The translations under genes and the position numbers were made by a program. Shown here piece by piece: positions 19,778 through 28,950 of a stretch of 64,000 bases of DNA (its first letter is position 1; each line of letters begins with the position of its first letter). Origin of the DNA: Candidatus Bathyarchaeota archaeon (lineage in GTDB: Archaea; Thermoproteota; Bathyarchaeia; Bathyarchaeales; Bathycorpusculaceae). The stretch is taken from contig CAWAKC010000003.1 of NCBI GenBank assembly GCA_963782525.1, forward strand, positions 96,001-160,000. The letters are read 5' to 3'. The notes under the pieces were generated by a model that ran no database searches, was not told where the DNA came from, and saw only the letters and a program-made list of their open reading frames with translations.

Positions 19778-20149
19778 CTATTTTTTGTTCTGGTCTATTT
19801 TCCAGGGGTTTTTTGCGTTATAATAATTATTCATTGGAACGTTAAACAAAGTATTGCCAATAGTGAGCTCTGGAAGAGGCTCTGGCATTGCAGTGTAGGT
19901 TGAATCTGTTGGTTTGATGATTTTTCCGCCTATCATGCCGGGCTTTTCCCCAAATACGGAATTGCCCAGGGTTAAGTGTTTGTTGTCGAGAGAATTTGGG
20001 ATTTCTTGACGTTGCGGTGCTTGGGTTTGTTGTCTGGTTTGAAGTCTTCCGAGGACAACATAGAGTTGTTCCAGAGAAAAATCGCTGTAAGAGTCGTTTT
20101 CCTTTGTGATTCCGTTGATTTCTCTTATTATTTTTTGCCGTTCGCTCAT
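19778..20149 (-). CDS. Hypothetical protein (element)
   Basis: 123 aa with internal repeat LTLGNSVF/LTIGNTLF. Confidence 0.65.
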   Translation of the reverse strand: MSERQKIIREINGITKENDSYSDFSLEQLYVVLGRLQTRQQTQAPQRQEIPNSLDNKHLTLGNSVFGEKPGMIGGKIIKPTDSTYTAMPEPLPELTIGNTLFNVPMNNYYNAKNPWKIDQNKK

Positions 20150-20213
20150 GTGGTTCGCTTCTAATTAATTTGGAGTTTATTCGAGGCTTTATGTCTAAAA
20201 ACGACATATTTTA

Positions 20214-20675
20214 TTATTCGTTTTCGCTTTGCTCGGCAAACGATCTATCTGTCCCTCTGAAAAGATAGGAGTCGAAGTGGGTATTTGTGCGACATCCGCC
20301 TTCCACGAAGCAGCGAACGCGGCAACCGTCCTCATATCCCATCGAAGAGTAAACTAAGTATTTTGAACCATGCAAACCGCACTTGTACTTTATTATTCTG
20401 CCCTGCTTGCCAAGGTCCAGCCGGCAAATTGCTAGTCCATGCCTAATCTTTTTTTGGCCATATTTCTGTAAGATACGTTGTTTATCGTCTTTGCTCCTTG
20501 AAAAATAGAAGCCTTGAATTATTTCTGTTAGTTCTGGGGCTGTTAGATAATTGCCTCTTCGACCTTGCCTTCTCTTTGGTTTTCCTGTTGAATTAAACTG
20601 GATTGTTGAGGCTTCAATTAGAAAAGGGTTGGTTGATGGTCGAAAGTTTAAGAGTTGGGTTTGGGTTTGCCTCAT
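20214..20675 (-). CDS. Basic hypothetical protein (element)
   Basis: 153-aa ORF in a co-oriented cluster. Confidence 0.6.
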   Translation of the reverse strand: MRQTQTQLLNFRPSTNPFLIEASTIQFNSTGKPKRRQGRRGNYLTAPELTEIIQGFYFSRSKDDKQRILQKYGQKKIRHGLAICRLDLGKQGRIIKYKCGLHGSKYLVYSSMGYEDGCRVRCFVEGGCRTNTHFDSYLFRGTDRSFAEQSENE

Positions 20676-20695
20676 ATGTCTCGAAAGGTTTGGTT

Positions 20696-21199
20696 TTAAC
20701 AGAGACTAAGCGGCCATCCATCATTTTTGTGCTTTAGTTTTTGTAGTTCGCTTTCACATCTCTTAAGATAATAGTATTCGTGCCTTGAAACGGCTATTTC
20801 GTGTTTGCTGATTATTTGTTTGTTTAAGATTTCAGCGTGTTCTTTGAGTTCTGTTAAAGCCATGTCTTCAAGGGCGGCGTCGCAGTAAGTTTTAGAAACT
20901 GCGTGTTGTTTCTCTAAGTGTTCTATGAAGTCGTCTGTGTTGTCGTATTCCCTGAAATGCTCAAATTCAATGGCTAGGTCAAGTGCGTCTGAGGCTGAGT
21001 GTTCGAGGCATCTTCTAACGCAACTGTATATAACTAGAACGTTATGTTTAGCGAGTGTTTGCTTGTAGGTTCCAACTTGCCGTAGATGTGAAAGAACGGT
21101 GTTAAAGCTGTGTTCGACTCGGTCAATTGAGACGCCTTTAGAAGTTACTGTTTGTTTCCTAATTTTTTTAATGTATGTTTTTTTAAAAGCCGATCTCAC
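20696..21199 (-). CDS. Hypothetical protein (element)
   Basis: 167-aa ORF. Confidence 0.6.
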   Translation of the reverse strand: MRSAFKKTYIKKIRKQTVTSKGVSIDRVEHSFNTVLSHLRQVGTYKQTLAKHNVLVIYSCVRRCLEHSASDALDLAIEFEHFREYDNTDDFIEHLEKQHAVSKTYCDAALEDMALTELKEHAEILNKQIISKHEIAVSRHEYYYLKRCESELQKLKHKNDGWPLSLC

Positions 21200-21238
21200 G
21201 AAAACTTAGGTTTTATGGTGGTGTAAAAAAACAACCGC

Positions 21239-21514
21239 TCATTGCAAACCCGCTTCTTTAGCATGCTTGTTAATTAACGCGGCTAACTCTTCAGACCTGA
21301 CTAACTCTTCAATTTCAGCCATTTGTTTATCGTATCGTTGTTCAGGCGTCAAAAACCTATCTGCTATTTCTTCAAGTTTACTTAATTCAATTAGTTCCTT
21401 GAGTAAACAATCAAGGGCTTCTGATCTTTGCTTCTGTTCTTCAGCTTCTTTATCGGTTTGTGGCTGAATTTTCGCTTCAAGGCGAGCAACTTTGTTTTTT
21501 AAACTGCCACTCAT
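21239..21514 (-). CDS. Coiled-coil hypothetical protein (element)
   Basis: 91 aa, ATGA overlap with upstream gene. Confidence 0.65.
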   Translation of the reverse strand: MSGSLKNKVARLEAKIQPQTDKEAEEQKQRSEALDCLLKELIELSKLEEIADRFLTPEQRYDKQMAEIEELVRSEELAALINKHAKEAGLQ

Positions 21515-21768
21515 ATTTTACTCACCGTTTTCTCTAAGACTTCATGCCGCTGCTTAACCTGTTCAATATCTGCGTCGTTTAGGATTTTGCCGTATGCTTG
21601 AACTGCAGCGACAATTACTTTAGCCCATTTTTGCCGGTCAGAGTTAGAAGCTTTTTCCATATCGAATTTAGTCTTAGAAACGTCTATTACACCGCTTAAA
21701 CAGCGAAACAGCTTATCCCGTTGCTTCTTTGGTTCCAAGTTGCATGTATCTTGCGCCAATGTTATCAC
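21511..21768 (-). CDS. Hypothetical protein (element)
   Basis: 85 aa, translationally coupled to the next gene. Confidence 0.65.
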   Translation of the reverse strand: MITLAQDTCNLEPKKQRDKLFRCLSGVIDVSKTKFDMEKASNSDRQKWAKVIVAAVQAYGKILNDADIEQVKQRHEVLEKTVSKI

Positions 21769-21798
21769 ATCAAGTTTTTCGGTGATTACACCAAGTCT

Positions 21799-22110
21799 TT
21801 AGGTCTCGTCTTCTTTTGCTCTAACTTCTGCTATTTTTGCGCGAAGGTCTGTTAACTCCTTCTTAGTTAGCCGAGGAAATAATGTCAACGCTTTTTCATC
21901 TGAAGACCATTCAATTATCTGCCAAAACATTTCACGTGTTACAGCTAATTCTTGCTCGATTTTGGCTTCTTCCTCAGGAGTTAAGGTCTTCAGGTCTTCA
22001 TCCTCAGAGAGAAGATTACTTATCAATAAGTCTCGTAACTGTAGCCGTTCAAGTATTGGTAATTCGTTAAGTTTTTTCAATGTTATTTTTTCTTTATCTG
22101 ATTCGTCCAA
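21799..22110 (-). CDS. Acidic helical hypothetical protein (element)
   Basis: 103 aa with AAGGTG RBS. Confidence 0.6.
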   Translation of the reverse strand: MDESDKEKITLKKLNELPILERLQLRDLLISNLLSEDEDLKTLTPEEEAKIEQELAVTREMFWQIIEWSSDEKALTLFPRLTKKELTDLRAKIAEVRAKEDET

Positions 22111-22178
22111 GTTTTTTTACACCTTTCAATTTTTTAAATAAAAAAGAAAATTTGGTATAGTAACACAATAACACCTGT

Positions 22179-22295
22179 TTAAGCGCCTGTCTTTCTAATT
22201 ACCAGCCTACTGTTGCTGTAATTCTCGTTGAGCAGGTCTAAGAATCGTCTAGCAGAAGTTCCCCCAACTACTACCATAACATCGTTTCTTTCCAA
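22179..22295 (-). CDS. 38-aa peptide (not in ORF track)
   Basis: Perfect GGGAGGTGA RBS before TTG; MERNDVMVVVGGTSARRFLDLLNENYSNSRLVIRKTGA. Confidence 0.5.
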   Translation of the reverse strand: MERNDVMVVVGGTSARRFLDLLNENYSNSRLVIRKTGA

Positions 22296-22321
22296 ACTCT
22301 CACCTCCCGTCCGCTCTCTCC

Positions 22322-24145
22322 TTAAATTAAACTAACTTTGTAATCCCCTGTTTTATCTCGTGACCGCGTTATGTATCCGGTATAACTCTCAAGTTTGCAG
22401 AGAACCCTTGAAGCTTTCATTTTTGCGCCTGAAAATACTTCGTTAGCAATTTCGGTTTGATAGGCTGAACCACCTTTTTCTCTTAGATAGCGTAACAGTT
22501 TAACAGCGATTATGCGATGCTCTTTTTCTTTGGGAAATATAGTCATCAACTCTAACTCCATGTCTTTTACTATTTGTTCCAGTCCAATCCATTGAGTGAT
22601 GTTCTGTTTTGTTATCATTGAGCCCTCAACACTGTTTTCCAGAGCTATGTTGATGTAGTTTTTGAATCGTCTCATTATTCCCCGGCTGAGTGCTGCGATT
22701 TCAGGGATAGCATCTTTTTCAAAAGGATTATTTAACGGAAATCGGGAGAAAAAGTAAGACGTCATTTCGTCAGGAGTGAATGGTTTTAAGTCTATAACTT
22801 TCATTTTACCTAAAAAATGATGTCCATAGAATAGTTCTGCTTGGAAGAAAATAATCAAATTACCTTTTTGATTGTATACTCCGTCGCAGCCGTTGGTGCA
22901 AAGGTTGTTTTCCCAGAACGCTTGAATACCGTTAAGGTCTTTAGTCATTTGGTTAATGGTTAATCGGCTGTAGTCGCACAGATCAAGAATGAAGCTTCCT
23001 GTAGTTTCTATCTCTTCCATTATCTGCTTATTTTTTATTAGATTAACTTTTGTGCTGCCAAGAGTTTTTTCCATTAAAGGACATAGGTTAATTATTTTAT
23101 GCCAGAGATCAAAGTTGTCTGTAACTGTTGAAGAATCATTTTTGCGTGTGAAGAGGTAGTAGTCTTTGATATCTGTTGCGCTGTCTAAGCCTATACGTTT
23201 GCGGATATATTCAGCGATGTCAAATATTGCGTTTGACTGTGTGTGTTGTTCTGCATCTTTCCAAAGAGTCTCAAAAAGTTCGTGTATATAGGATTCATCA
23301 TATTCATCAAGAAATGATGTATCTTTACTTATTTTTTCTGCTATGTCTGTTTTTGGCTTTCCAACCCATTTCCATGACTGGATTTTTATGCCGTTTTCGC
23401 GTAAGTAATTACTTAAGGCCTCTTTTAACGCTGTTTTTCCAACGCCTTGGAGACCTTTTACGCCTATTAGGTTTCCGTTAGTTTTGAGGAGTCTTTGTCT
23501 TAGATTTATTCCTTCTTTTGTCCAGAGATATTCCTCTTCTTCGTGTGATTCTGTGGTTAATCGACAGCTCCATTGATAGATTGCATCTCTTGTTTGATTT
23601 TTCCAGAAGGTAAGGGTTGCTTCATCTATTCTATTAACGGTTGGTTGGGGTGGTGTTATTGTGTTACTCGTTAGGGGAACGGTTTGAGGTTTACTTATCT
23701 GAATAGGAGTTGGTTGCACTGTTATTGTGTTACTGGGTGTTGATTCTTTCGAGTAATTGTTTATTATCTCGTCGTCGGTAACGTCTTTTCGGAATGGGTA
23801 GCTTGCTCTAAAATTCGCTATTATGCCCGCCCTTTCAGATTCTGGAATTGTTGTTTTGGTTGGTTGTCGCTCTGTATGTTTTTTTGAAAGGTTCGCCGTC
23901 ATTTCATCGTAGCTGTCATAGTTGTCATAGGTGTCATCGTCGTCTAATTCTTCTTCTTGATCTGGGTTTTGGGATTTATTGAAAGCTTCTACTGTTTCAT
24001 TTAGTCCCGGTGGGCTCGGTTCGCCTTCTTCTAAGCCGAGAATCTCTCGAATAGTCGCCACAAAAACCTCTGCCTCTGGATATCGACTATGAAAATAATC
24101 TATTGCTTCCTGAACTGTTTTAGGCTTCTGATTTACCTTTGACAT
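22322..24145 (-). CDS. P-loop (AAA+-like) ATPase with C-terminal winged helix; candidate replication initiator of the element
   Basis: Walker A GLQGVGKT, Walker-B-like FILDLCD, lid SRGIMRR, C-terminal HTH YQTEIANEVFSGAKMKASRVLCKLE. Confidence 0.7.
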   Translation of the reverse strand: MSKVNQKPKTVQEAIDYFHSRYPEAEVFVATIREILGLEEGEPSPPGLNETVEAFNKSQNPDQEEELDDDDTYDNYDSYDEMTANLSKKHTERQPTKTTIPESERAGIIANFRASYPFRKDVTDDEIINNYSKESTPSNTITVQPTPIQISKPQTVPLTSNTITPPQPTVNRIDEATLTFWKNQTRDAIYQWSCRLTTESHEEEEYLWTKEGINLRQRLLKTNGNLIGVKGLQGVGKTALKEALSNYLRENGIKIQSWKWVGKPKTDIAEKISKDTSFLDEYDESYIHELFETLWKDAEQHTQSNAIFDIAEYIRKRIGLDSATDIKDYYLFTRKNDSSTVTDNFDLWHKIINLCPLMEKTLGSTKVNLIKNKQIMEEIETTGSFILDLCDYSRLTINQMTKDLNGIQAFWENNLCTNGCDGVYNQKGNLIIFFQAELFYGHHFLGKMKVIDLKPFTPDEMTSYFFSRFPLNNPFEKDAIPEIAALSRGIMRRFKNYINIALENSVEGSMITKQNITQWIGLEQIVKDMELELMTIFPKEKEHRIIAVKLLRYLREKGGSAYQTEIANEVFSGAKMKASRVLCKLESYTGYITRSRDKTGDYKVSLI

Positions 24146-24160
24146 TTTAAAAGCAGCCTA

Positions 24161-24385
24161 TTACTCTGTTGGGGTTGGGTTGGCGAAAACAATTTTGAGG
24201 TAGCGTTCGCTCCGGGTTTGAAAGATTATACGAGCATTGGTTTCTTCAAGTATGAATTTCTTGATTCGTTCAAACTCGGAGGCTGTAGTTTTTAGGATGC
24301 AGCCAGCGAAGTTTATGTTTTCGGCTGGGTCGATTGTGGGTTTAGAGTTTTTAAAATGGAATCCATATTCTTGTTCTTCAGTCAT
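24161..24385 (-). CDS. Hypothetical protein (element)
   Basis: 74-aa ORF upstream of the ATPase. Confidence 0.6.
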   Translation of the reverse strand: MTEEQEYGFHFKNSKPTIDPAENINFAGCILKTTASEFERIKKFILEETNARIIFQTRSERYLKIVFANPTPTE

Positions 24386-24461
24386 TTCAATTCAATTCCT
24401 GAGCTTTTAGCTCAAACTATTTGGTCTAAAACTCTGCAACTAACCTACGCTTTGTTTTAGA

Positions 24462-24498
24462 GTATACCTCTCCAGACCGAGGTATACAATAGTATACT
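24462..24498. promoter_or_regulatory. Inverted-repeat operator between divergent element genes
   Basis: GTATACCTC-N8-GAGGTATAC plus palindrome AGTATACT. Confidence 0.55.
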
Positions 24499-24540
24499 AC
24501 TCATAACCTTAATAAGTCTTTTTGCTTAGATTAAGTCTGG

Positions 24541-24981
24541 ATGTGTATACTTGTGGTCGGTAAACTTGAGGTTGCGGCATTCATTGCAGAAAAGAAGAAA
24601 GCGACTTGGAGCGAATTAGTTAGGCAACTTGTTAATATTCCTTCAAAATTTGTTTGTCCTAGCTGCAAATCGTCGCGTATTGTTGAGGATCGGGAAGCTC
24701 AAGAATTTGTTTGTGTGGATTGCGGAATTGTTGTAAATTCTGGAAATCGAATAGCAAGACAAACTCTTCTTGATTATCTTAAGGCATTGATTAAAGAGGG
24801 GATCGTTGAAAAAGTGATTGATAAGGAAACGTTGAAACCTGTTTACCAAGTGACTGAAACGGGCCGCAAAAAGCTTAATGATTTACAAAATAAACAACGA
24901 GCAATTGAAATGATTCTTAAAACATCGGATCTTAGGCAAACATTAAAAGAAATTCTGAAAAACATGGAAAATAAAAGTTAG
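24541..24981 (+). CDS. Winged-helix regulator with an inserted TFIIB-type zinc ribbon
   Basis: CPSCKS..IVEDREAQEFVCVDCGIV inside a wHTH (RQTLLDYLKALIKEGIVEK...YQVTETG). Confidence 0.7.
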   Translation: MCILVVGKLEVAAFIAEKKKATWSELVRQLVNIPSKFVCPSCKSSRIVEDREAQEFVCVDCGIVVNSGNRIARQTLLDYLKALIKEGIVEKVIDKETLKPVYQVTETGRKKLNDLQNKQRAIEMILKTSDLRQTLKEILKNMENKS

Positions 24982-25013
24982 CTGTTTTTTAGTTTGGGTT
25001 TGTGTTTCATGGT

Positions 25014-26381
25014 TTAAGCCTGTTTTTTGTTGAGTATTTGTTTTGCTAAATCAAGCTCTTTCTGCAGTTTATCAGCTTCAGCCGTTAGGTATTGTTCAGA
25101 TTCCCGCGCTTGTTTGGCGAGCGGTGAATTGATGGCTTCAAGTTTTGGCGCTGTCTCTGCATGTAGGTCTCGAGTTCGACTGTAAACTCTTAGTTGTCTC
25201 TCAGCTATTCCTATTAATGGAGTCACAACTGTTCTTAAATCCAGTAATTCTTCTTTGAAGGCTTCAAGTTCTAAGCTTTTTTCCATTACATCTTTAACTA
25301 AAGCGTCGATTATTCGTTCTTTCACTTCAAAACGGTTCTGTAATTCAGTAAGTTTTTTAGAGTCTTCAGTGTTGGCGGTTTTTCCAGACATTTCTTCTTT
25401 AGAACTTTTCTCAATTTTCAAAAATTCCTCAGCACTCAAGTATAAAGCCCTCAGATCATCCGTTGGCATATTCAAGTAAGCCAAATTTTGAGCGCCTATA
25501 GAGTGACCCATCCAGAACTGTCTTAATTCTTGATCAATTTTCCCCATTAACCGAGAATTAAAAGCAGCCCTCAACGAATGAGGCCGCGCTGGGTTGAAGC
25601 CACCATTCTGTTTAATAAAACTCAAGTCCTTTGCCATTTCCGAAAAACTTTGCTGGACCGCACAATCGGTTATTCTTTCCTCACCACCTCTTAATCGTTC
25701 CTTAACAAACAAAGGACTTTCAGGGTTGAGGTCTTTTCTAGTCGCCAAATACAAGCGCAAATAATATACGGCGTCTCTACCAAAGAACGTTTTAAATTTT
25801 ATCTGAGTTTTCTTCCGTACAAGTTTTAGGTAAAGCGGCAAAGTTCCTTTTTCTAACTCTTCCTGGACGTCTCCATAATTCAATTCGATTATTTCATTGA
25901 TACCTAGCCCAGACTGGAATATGCAGAGGATTAAGGCTTTTTCGCGGTAACTTGGGGATTTATCGACAAACTCTTTTATTTGTTCTATATGCCATTCGTG
26001 TTTTTCATTGATTTTTTGACCAACCGGCGAGGGCATGTTCCCGATAAAATCCATAGAAACCATAATTTGCTTAAACTTTAAGAAATTCTGCATGGCTGCA
26101 AAGTAAACCCTAACTGAATTGTTAGAGTTCCCTTTTTGTTTTAGGAATTCAATGTATTCCTTTAATTCTGTTTCAGCGACGCGTTTACGTTCGCGGAGAG
26201 GCTTTTTGAATTCTTCAAAGATATTGTTTAAGAAATCGTTAAAGTTGTGGGTTTGTCCATATTTGCCTTGGTAATACTCTAAGAATAGTCTGAAGCCTGT
26301 TGCGTAGGCTTCGCGGGTTGGTTTGCTTTTGAATGATAGGTACTCTTCAACTTCTGCCTCGAATTTTGGTTTAATTACCAA
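25014..26381 (-). CDS. Tyrosine recombinase/integrase of the proB element
   Basis: N-terminal core-binding domain, RDKA-like REKALILCIFQSG, RKKT, PHSLR, WMGH, AY; adjacent to att. Confidence 0.9.
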   Translation of the reverse strand: MVIKPKFEAEVEEYLSFKSKPTREAYATGFRLFLEYYQGKYGQTHNFNDFLNNIFEEFKKPLRERKRVAETELKEYIEFLKQKGNSNNSVRVYFAAMQNFLKFKQIMVSMDFIGNMPSPVGQKINEKHEWHIEQIKEFVDKSPSYREKALILCIFQSGLGINEIIELNYGDVQEELEKGTLPLYLKLVRKKTQIKFKTFFGRDAVYYLRLYLATRKDLNPESPLFVKERLRGGEERITDCAVQQSFSEMAKDLSFIKQNGGFNPARPHSLRAAFNSRLMGKIDQELRQFWMGHSIGAQNLAYLNMPTDDLRALYLSAEEFLKIEKSSKEEMSGKTANTEDSKKLTELQNRFEVKERIIDALVKDVMEKSLELEAFKEELLDLRTVVTPLIGIAERQLRVYSRTRDLHAETAPKLEAINSPLAKQARESEQYLTAEADKLQKELDLAKQILNKKQA

Positions 26382-26435
26382 ACGTTAACCTCAGTTTAAT
26401 AGCGATTGCAACCTTAATAAAACTTGTTGTATTAC

Positions 26436-26465
26436 TTACTTAACAACTATTAATCTCGAAGGCAT
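26436..26465 (-). pseudogene. proB: Displaced native 5' end of proB (MPSRLIVVK*)
   Basis: GAGTG-ATG CCT TCG AGA TTA ATA GTT GTT AAG TAA; joins in frame to VGTNGIT via the 14-bp repeat. Confidence 0.85.
26440..26453 (+). repeat. att site (integrase side) TTAACAACTATTAA
   Basis: Identical to 18145-18158. Confidence 0.88.
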
Positions 26466-26629
26466 CACTCTATCACTTTTGGTTAGACTTATTTGAAATA
26501 GGGTTGGCTTGCTTAAAAATGCAACCAAACACGGAAACAAAAAATTTGTTTTCTATACTTAAAATTCATGTTTTTGATGTGTAACAGCTAATTTTTTTTG
26601 GAAAAATATATAAGGAATATGGACACCGC

Positions 26630-28855
26630 TTGTCAAATATGTTCATACCCTTACAAGCTTTAGCATCATTATCGGTTAATCCAGTTGTCTTTTGGATTGC
26701 ACCAATCGCCGGCGTCATAGCAGTTGTTGCTTCGCTTTTACTCATGTACCGAATAGGCAAAATGAGTCCAGGCGGACCAAAAACAGTTGAAGTCGGCAAC
26801 GCAATCAGGGAAGGCGCCTACGCTTTCCTAAAAAGACAATACAAAACAATCGCCATAATTACAGTAGTTATTTTTGCTCTACTGTGGGTCGCTTTGCCAA
26901 GCGGTCCTTACGGTGTAGGCACCGCAGCAGCTTTTTTGGTAGGCGCAGTTGCCTCCTTGGCTGCAGGCTACATTGCCATGGATAACGCGACAAAAGCAAA
27001 CGTTCGTACCGTGGCAGCAGCAAAAGACTATGGCGCTGAAAAAGCGTTAAAAACTGCATTTTACGGCGGTGCCACAATGGGCATGGCCGTTGTTGGTTTA
27101 TCCTTGTTGGGTGTAAGTTTTCTGTTCTTGCTTTACGGTGGTTTTAACGCCTTGTTCAATACAATGGATGTCACTACCGCAGCTCAACTCGGAAGAGACG
27201 CAGCAAGCGGAATCGTCGGCATGGGTTTTGGCGCCTCATTGATTGCGTTGTTTGCCCAGCTTGGAGGCGGAATTTACACTAAAGCCGCAGATGTCGGCGC
27301 AGACCTTGTAGGCAAAGTTGAAGCAGGCATCCCTGAAGATGACCCACGCAACCCCGCTGTCATAGCTGACAATGTTGGAGACAACGTAGGGGACTCAGCT
27401 GGAAGGGGTGCGGACTTATTTGAATCTGCGACTGGAGAGAACATCGGAGGCATGATTATCGGCGGCTTAATCAGCATCGCCACAGGAAACCTCATTTTCC
27501 TGATTTTCCCGCTAATCGCACGAGCCTTAGGAATCTTTGCAACATTAGTCGGCATGCCATTCGTAAAGCTCAACGCGTCAGAAGCCAAGCATCCAATGAA
27601 GGCACTAAGAAAAGGTCTTATGGTAACAACCATAGTTTCAGGCATTCTGTTCTTGTTTGCAACGATTTTCCTGTTAGGTGAAGGCTCATTCTCCATGACC
27701 TTCCTGTACCTGTACTTCTGCTTACTTGCAGGCTTAGCAGCATCAGTGGCAATCGACTATATTACTGATTACTACACTGGAAGCGACAGAAAACCAGTCG
27801 GCAGAATAGCTAAAGCCAGCGAAACAGGCGCCGCAACCAACATCATCACAGGCTTCGCAGTAGGGCTCGAAACAACAGCACTGCCAATAGTATCACTAGT
27901 CATCGCACTCATAGTATCGTACTTCTTTGGCACGCAATTTGCTATCTCCTGGAACGCTGACCCAGCCCACGTAGCTTCACAAATTACGCCTTTCATAGGT
28001 GGAATTTATGGAACCACACTTGCAACAATGGGTATGCTCGCAGTCATGGGAATGGTTTTAGCCTTAGACGGCTTTGGACCAATCGCAGACAACGCTGCAG
28101 GAATAGCTGAAATGTCAGGAGAAGGCGGCGCAGAAGAAACCATGGAAGCATTAGACGCGGTCGGCAACACAACAAAAGCCCTAACCAAAGGCTTTGCACT
28201 CGGCTCAGCTTTGCTCGCAGCGCAACTGCTATTCCAAACATACGCTTCAGAGGTTACCTTACGCACAGGCATACCCTTTGTCGTAGACATCTCTAATCCA
28301 GCAGTACTCATCGCAGGCTTCCTCGGTGCAATGCTACCATTTTTCTTCTCATCACAAGCAATTAGCGCAGTAGGAAAAGCGGCAGCAGAAATGGTTGCAG
28401 AAGTCAGACGACAATTCAGAGAAATCCCAGGCATCATGGAAGGAACCGGCAAACCTGACTACGGCAAAGCAGTAGACATCAGCACAAAATCCGCACTAAA
28501 AGGAATGGTGCTTCCGGGACTAATCTTGGTAATTTTTCCAATCGTAGTCGGTATCCTGTTAGGTCCTGAAGCAGTAGGCGCATTCGTAATCGGCGCAACG
28601 CTATCAGCAGTTCCATTGGCACTGTTCATGAACACTGGCGGAGGAGCATGGGACAACGCAAAGAAATTGATCGAATCAGGCAAATACGGCGGCAAAGGTA
28701 GCCCAGCACACGCAGCAGCAGTAGTCGGCGACACAGTCGGAGACCCACTTAAAGACACAGCAGGACCAAGCTTACACGTACTCATAAAACTGCTCAGTAC
28801 ACTATCAATCGTCTTCATCCCGCTGTTCTTAAACCTGCTACATCTAATCCACTAA
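26630..28855 (+). CDS. hppA: Membrane-bound pyrophosphatase, K+-independent H+-PPase type
   Basis: GGIYTKAADVGADLVGKVEAGIPEDDPRNP, GNTTKA (Lys indicates the K+-independent type), GGAWDNAKK, GDTVGDPLKDT. Confidence 0.95.
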   Translation: MSNMFIPLQALASLSVNPVVFWIAPIAGVIAVVASLLLMYRIGKMSPGGPKTVEVGNAIREGAYAFLKRQYKTIAIITVVIFALLWVALPSGPYGVGTAAAFLVGAVASLAAGYIAMDNATKANVRTVAAAKDYGAEKALKTAFYGGATMGMAVVGLSLLGVSFLFLLYGGFNALFNTMDVTTAAQLGRDAASGIVGMGFGASLIALFAQLGGGIYTKAADVGADLVGKVEAGIPEDDPRNPAVIADNVGDNVGDSAGRGADLFESATGENIGGMIIGGLISIATGNLIFLIFPLIARALGIFATLVGMPFVKLNASEAKHPMKALRKGLMVTTIVSGILFLFATIFLLGEGSFSMTFLYLYFCLLAGLAASVAIDYITDYYTGSDRKPVGRIAKASETGAATNIITGFAVGLETTALPIVSLVIALIVSYFFGTQFAISWNADPAHVASQITPFIGGIYGTTLATMGMLAVMGMVLALDGFGPIADNAAGIAEMSGEGGAEETMEALDAVGNTTKALTKGFALGSALLAAQLLFQTYASEVTLRTGIPFVVDISNPAVLIAGFLGAMLPFFFSSQAISAVGKAAAEMVAEVRRQFREIPGIMEGTGKPDYGKAVDISTKSALKGMVLPGLILVIFPIVVGILLGPEAVGAFVIGATLSAVPLALFMNTGGGAWDNAKKLIESGKYGGKGSPAHAAAVVGDTVGDPLKDTAGPSLHVLIKLLSTLSIVFIPLFLNLLHLIH

Positions 28856-28950
28856 AAACCTAAAATTCGGGGAAGTTTTTTCTTCCCTCAACTAACTTTT
28901 TTAAATATCTTAAAATTTTTTAATCTCTTAAAAAGAGGGTATTTTACTGT

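Larger units (their letters stand above)
18145..26453. mobile_element. Integrative element (8.3 kb) inserted in the 5' end of proB
   Basis: 14-bp direct repeat TTAACAACTATTAA at both ends, terminal tyrosine integrase, ORFan cargo, AAA-type ATPase. Confidence 0.9.

Noticed and set aside
1874-28818. Numerous short antisense or alternate-frame ORFs inside housekeeping genes
   Set aside because: Shadow ORFs of well-supported genes, without recognisable motifs
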